Shown here in pieces: positions 19,076 through 29,074 of a stretch of DNA of 50,770 nt (positions are counted from its first letter, which is position 1; each line of letters opens with the position of its first letter). The notes beneath the pieces are model-generated. The model had not been told where the DNA came from. It saw only the letters and a program-made list of their open reading frames with translations, and made no database searches. Origin of the DNA: Candidatus Omnitrophota bacterium (GTDB lineage Bacteria; Omnitrophota; Gorgyraeia; Zapsychrales; Aceulaceae); contig JAKQPK010000059.1 of assembly GCA_029564765.1 (NCBI GenBank), positions 1 to 50,770 on the forward strand, written 5' to 3'. The position numbers were made by a program, and so were the translations under genes.

Positions 19076-19500
19076 GCAGGATCTTTCATTAGTTGGCAAG
19101 CAACTTTCTCATCAAGTTCCGATAAAGGTTTCATCACGAATTCTCGTTCGAGCATGCGCGGATGAGGGATCGTTAATTGGTCGTCATCAATGTGTTCGTT
19201 GTCATACGTGAGAATGTCGATGTCGATCGTGCGTGGAGCGTTTTTAACCGTGCGGATACGGCCTAATCTTTGTTCGATCGTTTGCGTCAATTTAAGAAGT
19301 TGATGAGCGGAAAGAGATGTTGTGATCTTGGCGACCGCGTTAAGGTATTTTCCTTGCGGTGGGCCGCCAACGGGTTCGGTTTCGTGAATAGTTGAAACGC
19401 GTTCGACCATTGCAACCCCAGATAAGAATTTTAACGCATCCTGAATATTTTTTAGGCGATCACCCAAATTCGACCCAAGCCCGAGATAGACGACGGCCAT
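19072..19500 (-). CDS. folK: 2-amino-4-hydroxy-6-hydroxymethyldihydropteridine diphosphokinase (HPPK)
   Basis: 142 aa. N-terminal VYLGLGSNLGDR, then ..PRTIDIDIL.. and ..LTIPHPRMLEREFV... Confidence 0.9.
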   Translation of the reverse strand: MAVVYLGLGSNLGDRLKNIQDALKFLSGVAMVERVSTIHETEPVGGPPQGKYLNAVAKITTSLSAHQLLKLTQTIEQRLGRIRTVKNAPRTIDIDILTYDNEHIDDDQLTIPHPRMLEREFVMKPLSELDEKVACQLMKDPA

Positions 19501-19515
19501 AGTGAAAACCTTTTG

Positions 19516-20673
19516 TTAGAGGATCTTTTTAAGTCGTTCGACAGCCTGCAAGAGTTTTTCTTTTTCCACGGTTAAGGTCATGCGGATAAAACCTTCTCCG
19601 TGTTTGCCAAAACCAACACCAGGAGTTGCGACGATATCAGCTTTTTCAAGAAACGTTTTAGCTGCTTCCATGGAGTCCTTGAATATCTTTGGGATAGGCG
19701 CCCATACGTAGAAGGTTGCCTTAGGAGATGGAACATCCCAGCCGATGTTGCGCAGCCCCTGAACAAAGGCATCGCGTCGTTGTTGATACAGTGATCTCAT
19801 TTGCGCGACAGCGTCATCACCCTTAAGAAGAGCTTCGATCCCTGCGATTTGGATCGCCTGGAAGATCCCTGAATCGATATTCGTTTTGACCTTGGCGAGG
19901 GCTGCGATCAATTTTGTGTTGCCACATGCCCAGCCAATACGCCAGCCGGTCATGTAAAATGTTTTTGAGAAGGAATGAAATTCGATGGCAACATCTTTTG
20001 CGCCGTCGATTTCAAAAAGACTGCTTGGTTTTAAGGCATCAAAATAGACTTCAGAGTATGCCAGATCAGAGATGATGATAACCCCTTCTTTCTTGGCTTG
20101 AGCCACTAAGTCTTTCATATAAGCCTTGGGAAGTGTTGCTGACGTTGGGTTATTGGGATAATTTAGGAAAACCGCTTTCGCGTTTTTGATCTGTCCCAGA
20201 TCAGGAAGAAAACCATTTTTTGCCAACAGTGGCAAAGGTACAACGTTTCCCCCAGCGAAGATCACGGAGGAGCGGTACGCAGGATACGCAGGGTCTGGAA
20301 CAAGGACATTGTCCCCTGGGTTGACGATCCCTAAGGGTAAATGCGCGAGCCCTTCTTTTGATCCGATCAGTGGATAAATTTCTGTGTCCGCATCAAGCGC
20401 GATAGAGAATCGTTTTTGGCACCATCGAGCGATCGTCTGACGAAGCTCTGGCATACCGGCGTCAAACGCGTAATGGTGATTTTTGCCATCTTTCGCGGCT
20501 TGGTGAAGAGCCTCAATGATAAACGATGGCGTCGCCGCGTCTGGATCCCCGACCCCGAGATCGAGGATGTCGCGTCCTTGAGCCCTCGCGGCGCGCTTAG
20601 CTTTATCGATCTCAGCAAAAAGATATGGGGGTAATTGTTTTAAGCGATCAGAAAATTCTAAGTTGATTGACAT
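19516..20673 (-). CDS. dapL: LL-diaminopimelate aminotransferase (DapL type) / class I aminotransferase
   Basis: 385 aa. LKQLPPYLFAEID..DILDLGVGDPD, NYPNNPT, and PLP-lysine context SFSKTFYMTGWRIGW. It sits at the end of the dapF-dapA-dapB string, and no dapD/dapC/dapE is present. Confidence 0.78.
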   Translation of the reverse strand: MSINLEFSDRLKQLPPYLFAEIDKAKRAARAQGRDILDLGVGDPDAATPSFIIEALHQAAKDGKNHHYAFDAGMPELRQTIARWCQKRFSIALDADTEIYPLIGSKEGLAHLPLGIVNPGDNVLVPDPAYPAYRSSVIFAGGNVVPLPLLAKNGFLPDLGQIKNAKAVFLNYPNNPTSATLPKAYMKDLVAQAKKEGVIIISDLAYSEVYFDALKPSSLFEIDGAKDVAIEFHSFSKTFYMTGWRIGWACGNTKLIAALAKVKTNIDSGIFQAIQIAGIEALLKGDDAVAQMRSLYQQRRDAFVQGLRNIGWDVPSPKATFYVWAPIPKIFKDSMEAAKTFLEKADIVATPGVGFGKHGEGFIRMTLTVEKEKLLQAVERLKKIL

Positions 20674-20695
20674 GCGTTCCTTCCTGTCCTGGTAG

Positions 20696-21445
20696 TTATT
20701 GAATGATGATCTTGTCGAGCTCTAAAACTTGTTGCATCGTGTATAACCCCGCAGGCCTCCCGGCTGTTAAGAAATGCGCAGCTTCTAGGGCGCCTAAGGC
20801 GAACATGGCCCTGTCCTTTGCGCTGTGATAGAGTTCAAGGGTGTCAAATTTTGTTTCAAAAGTAATGCGATGATTGCCGATGATCTCACCCTGGCGTAAG
20901 GGTTGGGGGTCAAAACGGGCTTTCTGTCCAGAGGTTTTTTCCGCGATCTCTGCCAACGTTTTTGCGGTTCCAGACGGCGCATCTTTTTTGTGAATATGAT
21001 GTTCCTCGTAAATGGCAATATCAGTTGCGGTCGTTTGAGCGAGTTTTTTTCCAATCAGTTCTGTTATTTTAAACAGGACGTTCACACCGATAGACATATT
21101 CGTCCCGTAGATAACTGGAATTATTTTGGCCGCCTCGCTGACTTTCTTAGCCTGCTCGGCTGACAAACCCGTTGTTCCGATAACGATCGGGATTTTGTGT
21201 TGCACGCATGCCTCAAGACTCTGCATCGTGCCTTCAGGCAAGGTAAAGTCGATCAGAACGTCAACGTTATCCTTGAGAACGCAAAAATCTGAAGAGATCT
21301 TAATGCCGTCGATCTCTTTGTTTACTTGTGGGTGATCAAGCCGCTCGAGCAACGCCGTGACGGAAAAACGCTTATCTTGCTTGGCAAGGCTGTAGATCTT
21401 TTGCCCCATGCGGCCACAAGCACCGGTAATCGCAAGTTTGATCAT
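20696..21445 (-). CDS. dapB: 4-hydroxy-tetrahydrodipicolinate reductase
   Basis: IKLAITGACGRMGQ (NAD(P)-binding site) and EEHHIHKKDAPSGTA signature. Confidence 0.92.
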   Translation of the reverse strand: MIKLAITGACGRMGQKIYSLAKQDKRFSVTALLERLDHPQVNKEIDGIKISSDFCVLKDNVDVLIDFTLPEGTMQSLEACVQHKIPIVIGTTGLSAEQAKKVSEAAKIIPVIYGTNMSIGVNVLFKITELIGKKLAQTTATDIAIYEEHHIHKKDAPSGTAKTLAEIAEKTSGQKARFDPQPLRQGEIIGNHRITFETKFDTLELYHSAKDRAMFALGALEAAHFLTAGRPAGLYTMQQVLELDKIIIQ

Positions 21446-21453
21446 GCGTTCTC

Positions 21454-22332
21454 CTATTTTAAAAGTCCATAATTGATCAAGGCGGTTTTTAGGCGCTCAA
21501 GGTTTTTTTCTGAGATCGAGCATAGCGGAAGGCGAAGATCCGGCTCGCAAAGGCCTAAAAGACCCATAGCGGTCTTGACCGGGATCGGATTTGTTTCATA
21601 GAACATCGCCTTGACAAGAGGCAGAAGTTTGAAATGAAGTTCTTGCGATTTCTTCAGGTCGCCAGAATCAAATGCCTTGCAAAGGTCCGCCACATCCTTG
21701 GGCGCGATATTGGCCACAACGGAAATAACACCCTTTCCTCCGATCGACAAGATCGGTAGCGTGAGCGAATCATCTCCTGAGATCAGCATAAAATCTTTCG
21801 GGCAGAGGGTTTTGATCGTGCTCATTTGATCAAGCGAGCCCGAGGCTTCTTTGACGCCGATAATATTCTTGCAGTCTCGTGCTAAGCGAGCGATCGTTTC
21901 TGGTTCAATGTTGATGGCGGTGCGTCCGGCGATGTTGTAAAGGATGATCGGGATAGAAACGCTGTCGGCCACAGCTTTAAAATGCCGATAAAGGCCTTCT
22001 TGTGTTGGTTTGTTGTAGTAAGGGCTGACCTGCAATGATGCGTCAGCTCCCGCCTTGGCAGCGTGTTGCGTTAAAGCGACAGCCTCTTGAGTGGAATTGG
22101 AACCTGTCCCCGCCATGACAGCAACGCGTTTGTGAGCCGCTTCGATGCAGATTTCAATGACGCGGTCATGCTCATCGGCGGTGAGCGTTGCTGATTCCCC
22201 TGTTGTCCCGCAGGGCAAGATGGCGCTTGTGCCATTTTTGATCTGGAATTCAACGAGTTCTTTTAATTTCTTTTCATCAACTTTGCCGTTCTTAAAAGGT
22301 GTAACGATCGCAACGGTCGAACCTTCGAACAT
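21454..22332 (-). CDS. dapA: 4-hydroxy-tetrahydrodipicolinate synthase
   Basis: 292 aa. GTTGESATLT, YNIAGRT, and Schiff-base lysine context IIGVKEASG. Confidence 0.95.
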   Translation of the reverse strand: MFEGSTVAIVTPFKNGKVDEKKLKELVEFQIKNGTSAILPCGTTGESATLTADEHDRVIEICIEAAHKRVAVMAGTGSNSTQEAVALTQHAAKAGADASLQVSPYYNKPTQEGLYRHFKAVADSVSIPIILYNIAGRTAINIEPETIARLARDCKNIIGVKEASGSLDQMSTIKTLCPKDFMLISGDDSLTLPILSIGGKGVISVVANIAPKDVADLCKAFDSGDLKKSQELHFKLLPLVKAMFYETNPIPVKTAMGLLGLCEPDLRLPLCSISEKNLERLKTALINYGLLK

Positions 22333-22343
22333 GTAATTCCCTC

Positions 22344-23171
22344 CTATGAGTTAATGAGCAGTTGGCCTTGCGCGATGAAATTCGCGCTTCCTGTAAGCCA
22401 GACATTCGATACCTTGCCAGAGGCAAGATCAAAGGAGATCTTTAAAATCTCACCGCTCCGGGTTTTAACGCGCATGCTGGCATTTTTTTGTGTCATTTTA
22501 TTAGGATTTATTTTCAGATAAGCAATGATCGCTGAGGCCACGCTTCCTGTTCCGCACGCGAGCGTTTCTGCTTCCACGCCTCGTTCGTAAGTGCGCACAG
22601 CGATGAAGTCATCTTCAATCTTTTCAACAAAATTAACATTAGTTCCAGCTGGAGAAAAGTGTTTATTGAAGCGAATATCATGCCCCACACCTTTGACATC
22701 AATGCTTCCTATATTGCGAACAATGCTTACTACATGAGGGACCCCTGTGTTAACGGAGCTCAGAAGAAGTTTAATCGGTTTATTAATTTCTAAAATATTA
22801 GGCTGGTAATTGCGAGGGTCACTTAAGCGAACTGAAATAAGCTTGCCAACTTTTTTTGCGTGAATGATACCAGCGAGGGTTTCGAGTGTCAGTGAATGCC
22901 CTTTGATGTTTTTTGTTGCGAAAAGATAGGCGGCCATACAGCGCGCACCATTACCGCACATTTCTGCTTCAGAGCCATCCGCATTGATAATGCGCATGCG
23001 ATAGTCTGCTCGTTTTGATAGGCCGGTGATCATCAGACCGTCAGCGCCAACGCCGCAGGTGCGGTGGCAAGCAGAAAGCGCAAGCTTTTTGGGGTTCATG
23101 CCCGAAAAGTTCTCGATAATGATAAAATCATTACCAGCCCCACTCATTTTTACAAAAGGGACTTTTTTCAT
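22344..23171 (-). CDS. dapF: Diaminopimelate epimerase
   Basis: KMSGAGNDFIII, catalytic Cys motifs MCGNGARC and ACGTGS. ATGA overlap with the lysA stop. Confidence 0.93.
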   Translation of the reverse strand: MKKVPFVKMSGAGNDFIIIENFSGMNPKKLALSACHRTCGVGADGLMITGLSKRADYRMRIINADGSEAEMCGNGARCMAAYLFATKNIKGHSLTLETLAGIIHAKKVGKLISVRLSDPRNYQPNILEINKPIKLLLSSVNTGVPHVVSIVRNIGSIDVKGVGHDIRFNKHFSPAGTNVNFVEKIEDDFIAVRTYERGVEAETLACGTGSVASAIIAYLKINPNKMTQKNASMRVKTRSGEILKISFDLASGKVSNVWLTGSANFIAQGQLLINS

Positions 23172-24424
23172 TTGATGAATCCTGGAATATGTTCGCCACG
23201 AACGAGGTCAACGAATGCTTCGCGGTCCTTGACGACCGAGAATTTATTTTTGCTGACCATCACTTCGGCTGAGCGGCATCGAGCGTTATAATTACTGCTC
23301 ATGGCATATCCATAAGCGCCTGTTGTCAACACGGCGATAAGGCTGCCTGGTGCAAGCGCTGGGAGCTTACGATCTTTTCCGAGATAATCCCCGCTTTCGC
23401 AAACAGGGCCAACAACATCGACAGTGATCTTTTTTGATGCTGACCGGGAAACCGGTAAGATCTCATGGAACGAATCATACAACGATGGACGGATCAGATC
23501 ATTCATGGCTCCATCAACGATCAAGAATTTTTTAACACCATTGTCTTTAAGGTATAGAACTTTTGTGACAAAGACCCCTGCATTAGCGACAATAAATCGT
23601 CCCGGCTCCATGATGACCTTTAGGCCGATCTTTTTTAACAGCGGCACAAGGGCTTTTGCGATCTTATCGGCAGGCTGTGCTGTTCCTTCAACATAGTCCG
23701 CCGCCATACCTCCACCGATATCTAGGTATTCGACCTTAATGCCTTTGGCGTCAAGAGATCTTTTGAAGATAAGGACCTTTTTGAGCGCGCGTAAAAAGGG
23801 TGCTGAGGTTGTGATCTGTGAGCCGATATGGATATGCAGGCCGTTGATCACAAGGTTCGAATATCGATCGCGGCTTAAAAGAATGTTTTTTGCGGTCGCA
23901 AGATCAATGCCAAATTTATTCTTTAAAGTACCTGTTGTGATCGCGGCATGCGTGACCGCATTAACGTCAGGGTTCAATCTGAGGGCGACCCGGGCTTTTT
24001 TGTTCAGCTTTTTTGCAATACGGTTGATCTCACAAAGTTCCGCGATCGACTCAACATTAAAGAACAAGATGTTGCTCTTAAGGGCAAGCGTGATCTCGCT
24101 TTCTGTTTTTCCGACAGAGGCGTAGCATATCTTTTGTGGATCGGCACCAGCCTTGAGGGCTTTGCGAAGTTCCCCGCCCGAAACAATATCAACGCCGGCG
24201 CCTTCACGGATCAGCGTTCTCATGACAGCTAAGTTACCGTTGGCTTTCATCGCAAAACAAATGAGTGGATCAACGGGTGCGAACGCTGTCTTTATTTTAC
24301 GAAAGTGATCGATAAGCGTCTGGTGGCTGTAAAGGTAGAATGGCGTGCCGACTTTCCGCGCGATCTCAGCTACGCTTATCCCCTCGCAAAAGAGTTCTTG
24401 ATTCTTATAGTGAAAATGATGCAT
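23168..24424 (-). CDS. lysA: Diaminopimelate decarboxylase
   Basis: 418 aa. TPFYLY, FAMKAN (PLP lysine), LDIGGGM, EPGR, CESGD. Confidence 0.95.
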   Translation of the reverse strand: MHHFHYKNQELFCEGISVAEIARKVGTPFYLYSHQTLIDHFRKIKTAFAPVDPLICFAMKANGNLAVMRTLIREGAGVDIVSGGELRKALKAGADPQKICYASVGKTESEITLALKSNILFFNVESIAELCEINRIAKKLNKKARVALRLNPDVNAVTHAAITTGTLKNKFGIDLATAKNILLSRDRYSNLVINGLHIHIGSQITTSAPFLRALKKVLIFKRSLDAKGIKVEYLDIGGGMAADYVEGTAQPADKIAKALVPLLKKIGLKVIMEPGRFIVANAGVFVTKVLYLKDNGVKKFLIVDGAMNDLIRPSLYDSFHEILPVSRSASKKITVDVVGPVCESGDYLGKDRKLPALAPGSLIAVLTTGAYGYAMSSNYNARCRSAEVMVSKNKFSVVKDREAFVDLVRGEHIPGFIK

Positions 24425-25793
24425 GAAGCTTCGCCTTCCATGATCGTAATTGTGCGTTGACCATCTGCGGGTTTGTCGATCCGAATGATTTTTTCGCGGC
24501 TATAGAAGCCTGAGCGGAAAAGACTTTTTTGACATCACCTGAGATCTTTGGCGAATATTTCCTTAGTTGGTCAAGGGTAAGCTGCGAGAGCTTATTGCCT
24601 TTATCAAGGCATTCCTTGACCATTTTGCCAACGATGTCATGGGCCTCTCGATAGGATACGCCATGCTGGATCATATACTCCATTAGATCAACCGTAAAGA
24701 ATGATTCATTGATGATGGATCTTTTTGCCTGGTCTTTCTTGACCTTGAGCGTTGCAAAGATCTTGGCTAAAAGCTCGACCATTTGCTTGACCGTATCTAC
24801 AGAGTCGAACAGTGGCGGCTTGTCCAGCTGCATGTCTCGGTTGTAGGTCAGCGGCAAGGCTTTCATCAGATTTAACGCGTTGAGCAGATGACCATAGATC
24901 TTTCCTGTTGTCCCTCGGATGAGTTCGAGGGTGTCCGGATTCTTCTTGTGCGGCATGATGGACGATCCCGTGCAGAAGGCCATGTCCAGCTCGATAAAAT
25001 TAAATTCCTGCGTTACCCAGAGAATCAGATCCTCGGAAATTCGAGAAAGATGCATCGCGACCAGCGAAAGTGCGGATAATGTTTCAAGAACAAAATCCCG
25101 ATCACTAACCGCATCAATGCTGTTGTTTGTCATGGTTTTAAAGCCAAGTTGTTTGGCAACATAAGCCCGATCGATCGGTAGCGTTGTCCCTGAAAGAGCG
25201 CAGCTTCCCAGCGGCATACAATTGACCCTTTCGTAGGCATTTTTAAGCCGTGACTTGTCCCTCTCAAGCATTTCAATGTAAGCTAACATGTGATGCGCGA
25301 GCAAGACAACTTGCGCAGCTTGTAGATGTGTGTATGCCGGAATAATGACGTCTTTATTTTTATCTGCAAAAGAAAGGATCGTTTTTTGCAAAACTGTTAT
25401 GCCATTGATCATTTTAATGATCTCGGATCGACAATAAAGCCTCACGTCAAGCACGACTTGGTCGTTTCGTGATCGAGCTGTATGCAGTTTGTCCGCTGAG
25501 GCGCCAGCAATTTTTTTCAAGACATCTTGGATGTTGGTATGGATATCCTCTTGCTTAGCGTCATATTTGAACTTGCCAGACATGACTTGGGCATAGATCT
25601 TTTTAAGGCCGGCAACGATCTTTTTGGCATCTTGCGCAGGGATAATTTTACATTTTCCTAACATTTGAGCATGCGCGATACTCCCTTCGATGTCGTATTT
25701 GGCTAAACGTTCATCGTAGGCGATGCTAAATGAAAATTGATCGGCTAGAGGGTCAGACTTTTTGGAGAATCGTCCTCCCCATAATTTAGACAT
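24405..25793 (-). CDS. argH: Argininosuccinate lyase
   Basis: 462 aa. KLWGGRF N-terminus and fumarate-lyase signature GSSIMPHKKNPD. Confidence 0.96.
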   Translation of the reverse strand: MSKLWGGRFSKKSDPLADQFSFSIAYDERLAKYDIEGSIAHAQMLGKCKIIPAQDAKKIVAGLKKIYAQVMSGKFKYDAKQEDIHTNIQDVLKKIAGASADKLHTARSRNDQVVLDVRLYCRSEIIKMINGITVLQKTILSFADKNKDVIIPAYTHLQAAQVVLLAHHMLAYIEMLERDKSRLKNAYERVNCMPLGSCALSGTTLPIDRAYVAKQLGFKTMTNNSIDAVSDRDFVLETLSALSLVAMHLSRISEDLILWVTQEFNFIELDMAFCTGSSIMPHKKNPDTLELIRGTTGKIYGHLLNALNLMKALPLTYNRDMQLDKPPLFDSVDTVKQMVELLAKIFATLKVKKDQAKRSIINESFFTVDLMEYMIQHGVSYREAHDIVGKMVKECLDKGNKLSQLTLDQLRKYSPKISGDVKKVFSAQASIAAKKSFGSTNPQMVNAQLRSWKAKLHASFSL

Positions 25794-26967
25794 TTTTGCC
25801 TCCTTGAAATGGCATGCTCCATAGGCGAATAAAGCCTTCGGCGTAGGATTGGTCGAAGGTGTCTTTCGCGCCGTAGGTCGCTAATTTCTCACTATATCGT
25901 GAATAAGGTGATTTTCGTCCTACTACCGCACAATTCCCTTTAAATAGTTTTAGTCGCACCACACCTGTCACGGTCTTTTGTGTTTCTTCAATATATGCAT
26001 CGAGTTGCTTTTTGACCGGCGTTTCCCATAATCCGTAGTAGGTTAGGTTGGCATATTTTTGTGAGATCGCCTCTTTTTCGTGCAAAGTTTCCCTATCGAG
26101 CACAAGGCTTTCAAGCTCTTTATGCGCGATGTAGATGATGGTCCCTGCTGGATTCTCATAAATTTCCCTAGATTTGATCCCTACAAGGCGATTTTCGATC
26201 GCGTCAACACGGCCAACACCATTTTCCCCGCCTATTTTATTTAGCGTTTCCAAGATATTGCTCGGTGCATAGCTTTTTCCGTCGATCTTAGTAGGAATAC
26301 CTTTTTCGAATTCAAGTTCAATATATTTTGGCGTATTGGGTGCCGCTAAGGGGTCTTTTGTAAAGTAATAGATCTCCTCTGGTGGTTCAGTCCACGGGTC
26401 TTCTAGGACCCCGCATTCAATGCTTCGCCCGTACAGATTGATATCGATACTGTAAGGGCTTTTCTTTGTGACGCTTACGGGAATATTTTTTTTCGCCGCG
26501 TAATCGATCTCTTGCTCTCGTGACTTAAATTCCCAAATGCGTACCGGAGCAATGATCTCAAGTTTGGGGTCGAGGATCTGCGCTGTCACCTCAAATCGAA
26601 CTTGATCGTTTCCTTTGCCAGTACATCCGTGGGCAATGGCGGTCGCCTTTTCTTCATGGGCGATGCGCACCTGGTGTTTGGCAATCAACGGCCGCGACAG
26701 CGCGGTTGCCAGCAAATATTTACCTTCGTAGATCGCGCCAGCTTTTACTGCCGGCAAGATGTAGTCTTGGACAAATTCTTTTTTGAGGTCAACGACGTGA
26801 ACCTTGCTCGCCCCGGTCTTAAGCGCGCGCTCTTTGATCGCGCCAAAATCTTCTCCCTGGCCGACATCGGCGATGAACGCGATCACATCATACCCTTTGT
26901 CCTGTAGCCATTTGATAGCACAAGATGTGTCTAATCCGCCTGAATAAGCAAGAACAACTTTTTTCAT
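25786..26967 (-). CDS. argG: Argininosuccinate synthase
   Basis: 393 aa. AYSGGLDTS ATP-binding motif and GCTGKGNDQVRFE. Confidence 0.96.
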   Translation of the reverse strand: MKKVVLAYSGGLDTSCAIKWLQDKGYDVIAFIADVGQGEDFGAIKERALKTGASKVHVVDLKKEFVQDYILPAVKAGAIYEGKYLLATALSRPLIAKHQVRIAHEEKATAIAHGCTGKGNDQVRFEVTAQILDPKLEIIAPVRIWEFKSREQEIDYAAKKNIPVSVTKKSPYSIDINLYGRSIECGVLEDPWTEPPEEIYYFTKDPLAAPNTPKYIELEFEKGIPTKIDGKSYAPSNILETLNKIGGENGVGRVDAIENRLVGIKSREIYENPAGTIIYIAHKELESLVLDRETLHEKEAISQKYANLTYYGLWETPVKKQLDAYIEETQKTVTGVVRLKLFKGNCAVVGRKSPYSRYSEKLATYGAKDTFDQSYAEGFIRLWSMPFQGGKNV

Positions 26968-27884
26968 TATTTATCTCCTAATAGAAACGATAGTGCCGCT
27001 TTTTGCATATGCAAACGATTTTCCGCCTGATCAAAGACGACCGAGTGCGGCCCATCAATGATCTCTGCGGTGACCTCGAGGCCCCGATGCGCTGGTAAGC
27101 AATGCATAAAGATGTAATCTTTGTGCGCGTGCTGAACAAGCGATTTGTTGACCTGAAAATCCTTAAAATCTTTTTTACGTTTGGCGGTTTCCGCCTCCTG
27201 GCCCATGCTCACCCATACGTCGCTATAAATGACATGCGCGCCCTTGACGGCATCCTGAGGTTTTCGTGTCAGCAAGATCTTTGTGCCTGTTTGTTTGGCA
27301 ATTTTTTCTGCGATCTTGACAACATCCGCATGGGGTTCGTATTCTTTTGGTGTCGCGATCGCGACGTCGTATCCGATCCGTGCGCAACCAAGAAGCAGTG
27401 AATGGCAAACATTGTTCCCATCTCCGATGTAAGCAACGGTTGCCTTGGCTGTGCCAAACTTTTCCTTGATCGTCAAAACATCCGCCAATCCTTGGCAGGG
27501 ATGAAAAAGGTCTGACAAGCCGTTAATGATGACCGCTGAAGAGTGTTTGGCAAGCGCGACGACATCTTCATGCGAAAAGGTTCGCGCAACGATACAATCG
27601 AGATATCGGGATAAGGTTTTTGCAACATCTTCAACAGATTCCCTCTTTCCAAGATCGATCTCCTGAGGGGCTAGGTATAGGCATTTCCCACCGAGCTGCC
27701 AGATCGCGATCTCAAATGAGACGCGGGTTCGGTTGGATGGCTTCTGGAACACGAGCGCAACCGCTTTGCCGGCTAATTCGCTGGACAACTTACCTTTATT
27801 GGCCTTGAATCGAGATCCAAGGTCAAGAAGCTTTTGCATTTCATCATTTGTAATATCTTGCAAGCTTAATAGGTCACGTTTCAT
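26967..27884 (-). CDS. argF: Ornithine carbamoyltransferase
   Basis: 305 aa. SNRTRVSFE carbamoyl-phosphate motif, DVWVSMG, HCLPAHRG. ATGA overlap with the argD stop. Confidence 0.93.
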   Translation of the reverse strand: MKRDLLSLQDITNDEMQKLLDLGSRFKANKGKLSSELAGKAVALVFQKPSNRTRVSFEIAIWQLGGKCLYLAPQEIDLGKRESVEDVAKTLSRYLDCIVARTFSHEDVVALAKHSSAVIINGLSDLFHPCQGLADVLTIKEKFGTAKATVAYIGDGNNVCHSLLLGCARIGYDVAIATPKEYEPHADVVKIAEKIAKQTGTKILLTRKPQDAVKGAHVIYSDVWVSMGQEAETAKRKKDFKDFQVNKSLVQHAHKDYIFMHCLPAHRGLEVTAEIIDGPHSVVFDQAENRLHMQKAALSFLLGDK

Positions 27885-29074
27885 GGTTTTACCCCCGCAA
27901 CGGTTTTAAGCGCCTTGAGAATAGTAAAAAGCGCTTTGTTGATCTGTTTTTTTGTTACGTTGAGCGCTGGCATAATGCGTAAAATATTCCCTTGGGTGCA
28001 ATTGATCAAAAGTCCATGCCTGAAACATTCTTCAACGATACCTTTTCCCTCGATCGAAAGTTCAATGCCGATCATGAGCCCAAGGCCTCGGATGTTTTTG
28101 ATGCAGGAAACTTGTGACTTCATTTCCTCAAACCTTTGCATAGTATAGGCCCCCATCACTTTGGCATTCTTTAGCATTTTCTCTTTTTCGATCGCCTCAA
28201 AAACGCCTAATGCCGCTTTGCAGACAACAGGGCTTCCACCAAATGTTGAGGCATGCATGCCGGGCTTGAGAAGATCCGCGATCTTTTTGTGCGCGACCAT
28301 GACACCGATCGGCAAGCCGCCGCCTAATGATTTTGCAAGGAGCATGATATCCGGCGTGATCCCATAATGTTTATAGGCGAACATTTCTCCTGTTCGTCCA
28401 ACGCCTGTCTGCACTTCATCTATGATTAGCAAAAGATCCTTTTCATTACAGATCTTTCGAAGCTGTTGGACATATTCTTTTGTCGCGATATTAATGCCGC
28501 CCTCGCCCTGCACAAGCTCGAGCATGACCGCGACCGTTGCAGGATTGATCGCCATCTTGAACGCATCAATATCATTAAAGGGTACTGTTCGAAATCCAGG
28601 CACAAGTGGCGCGAAACCATTTTGATATTTTTTTTGTCCAGTTGCTGATAGGGCGCCTAAGGTTCGCCCATGGAACGAATTATCCATGGTGATGATCTCA
28701 AAACGTTTGCCTTTGCCAAAAACGCGTGATAGCTTGATGGCGGCTTCACAGGCTTCCGCGCCGCTATTGGCGAAGAACACCTTTCCATCAAAAGACCATC
28801 GAATGATCTCTTTGGCAAGCTTTGCCTGGTGTAAATTGTAAAGATTGTTCGGTAGATGGATCAGTTTTCCGATCTGGTCCCTCACAGCCGATATTACCTT
28901 AGGATGGCAATGACCGACATTGCTAACACCCCAGCCAGGAAAGAAATCAAGGTATTTCTTGCCGTCGATGTCCACTAGCGACATTCCTTTTCCTTTGACA
29001 AAAATGCCAGGAACACGCGTGTAGGTGGAAAGGATGTAATCGTTATAATTTGTTAGAACTTCTATTTTTTTCAT
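27881..29074 (-). CDS. argD: Acetylornithine aminotransferase
   Basis: 397 aa class III aminotransferase. LIIDEVQTGVGRTG and LAKSLGGGLP (PLP lysine). Confidence 0.92.
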   Translation of the reverse strand: MKKIEVLTNYNDYILSTYTRVPGIFVKGKGMSLVDIDGKKYLDFFPGWGVSNVGHCHPKVISAVRDQIGKLIHLPNNLYNLHQAKLAKEIIRWSFDGKVFFANSGAEACEAAIKLSRVFGKGKRFEIITMDNSFHGRTLGALSATGQKKYQNGFAPLVPGFRTVPFNDIDAFKMAINPATVAVMLELVQGEGGINIATKEYVQQLRKICNEKDLLLIIDEVQTGVGRTGEMFAYKHYGITPDIMLLAKSLGGGLPIGVMVAHKKIADLLKPGMHASTFGGSPVVCKAALGVFEAIEKEKMLKNAKVMGAYTMQRFEEMKSQVSCIKNIRGLGLMIGIELSIEGKGIVEECFRHGLLINCTQGNILRIMPALNVTKKQINKALFTILKALKTVAGVKP

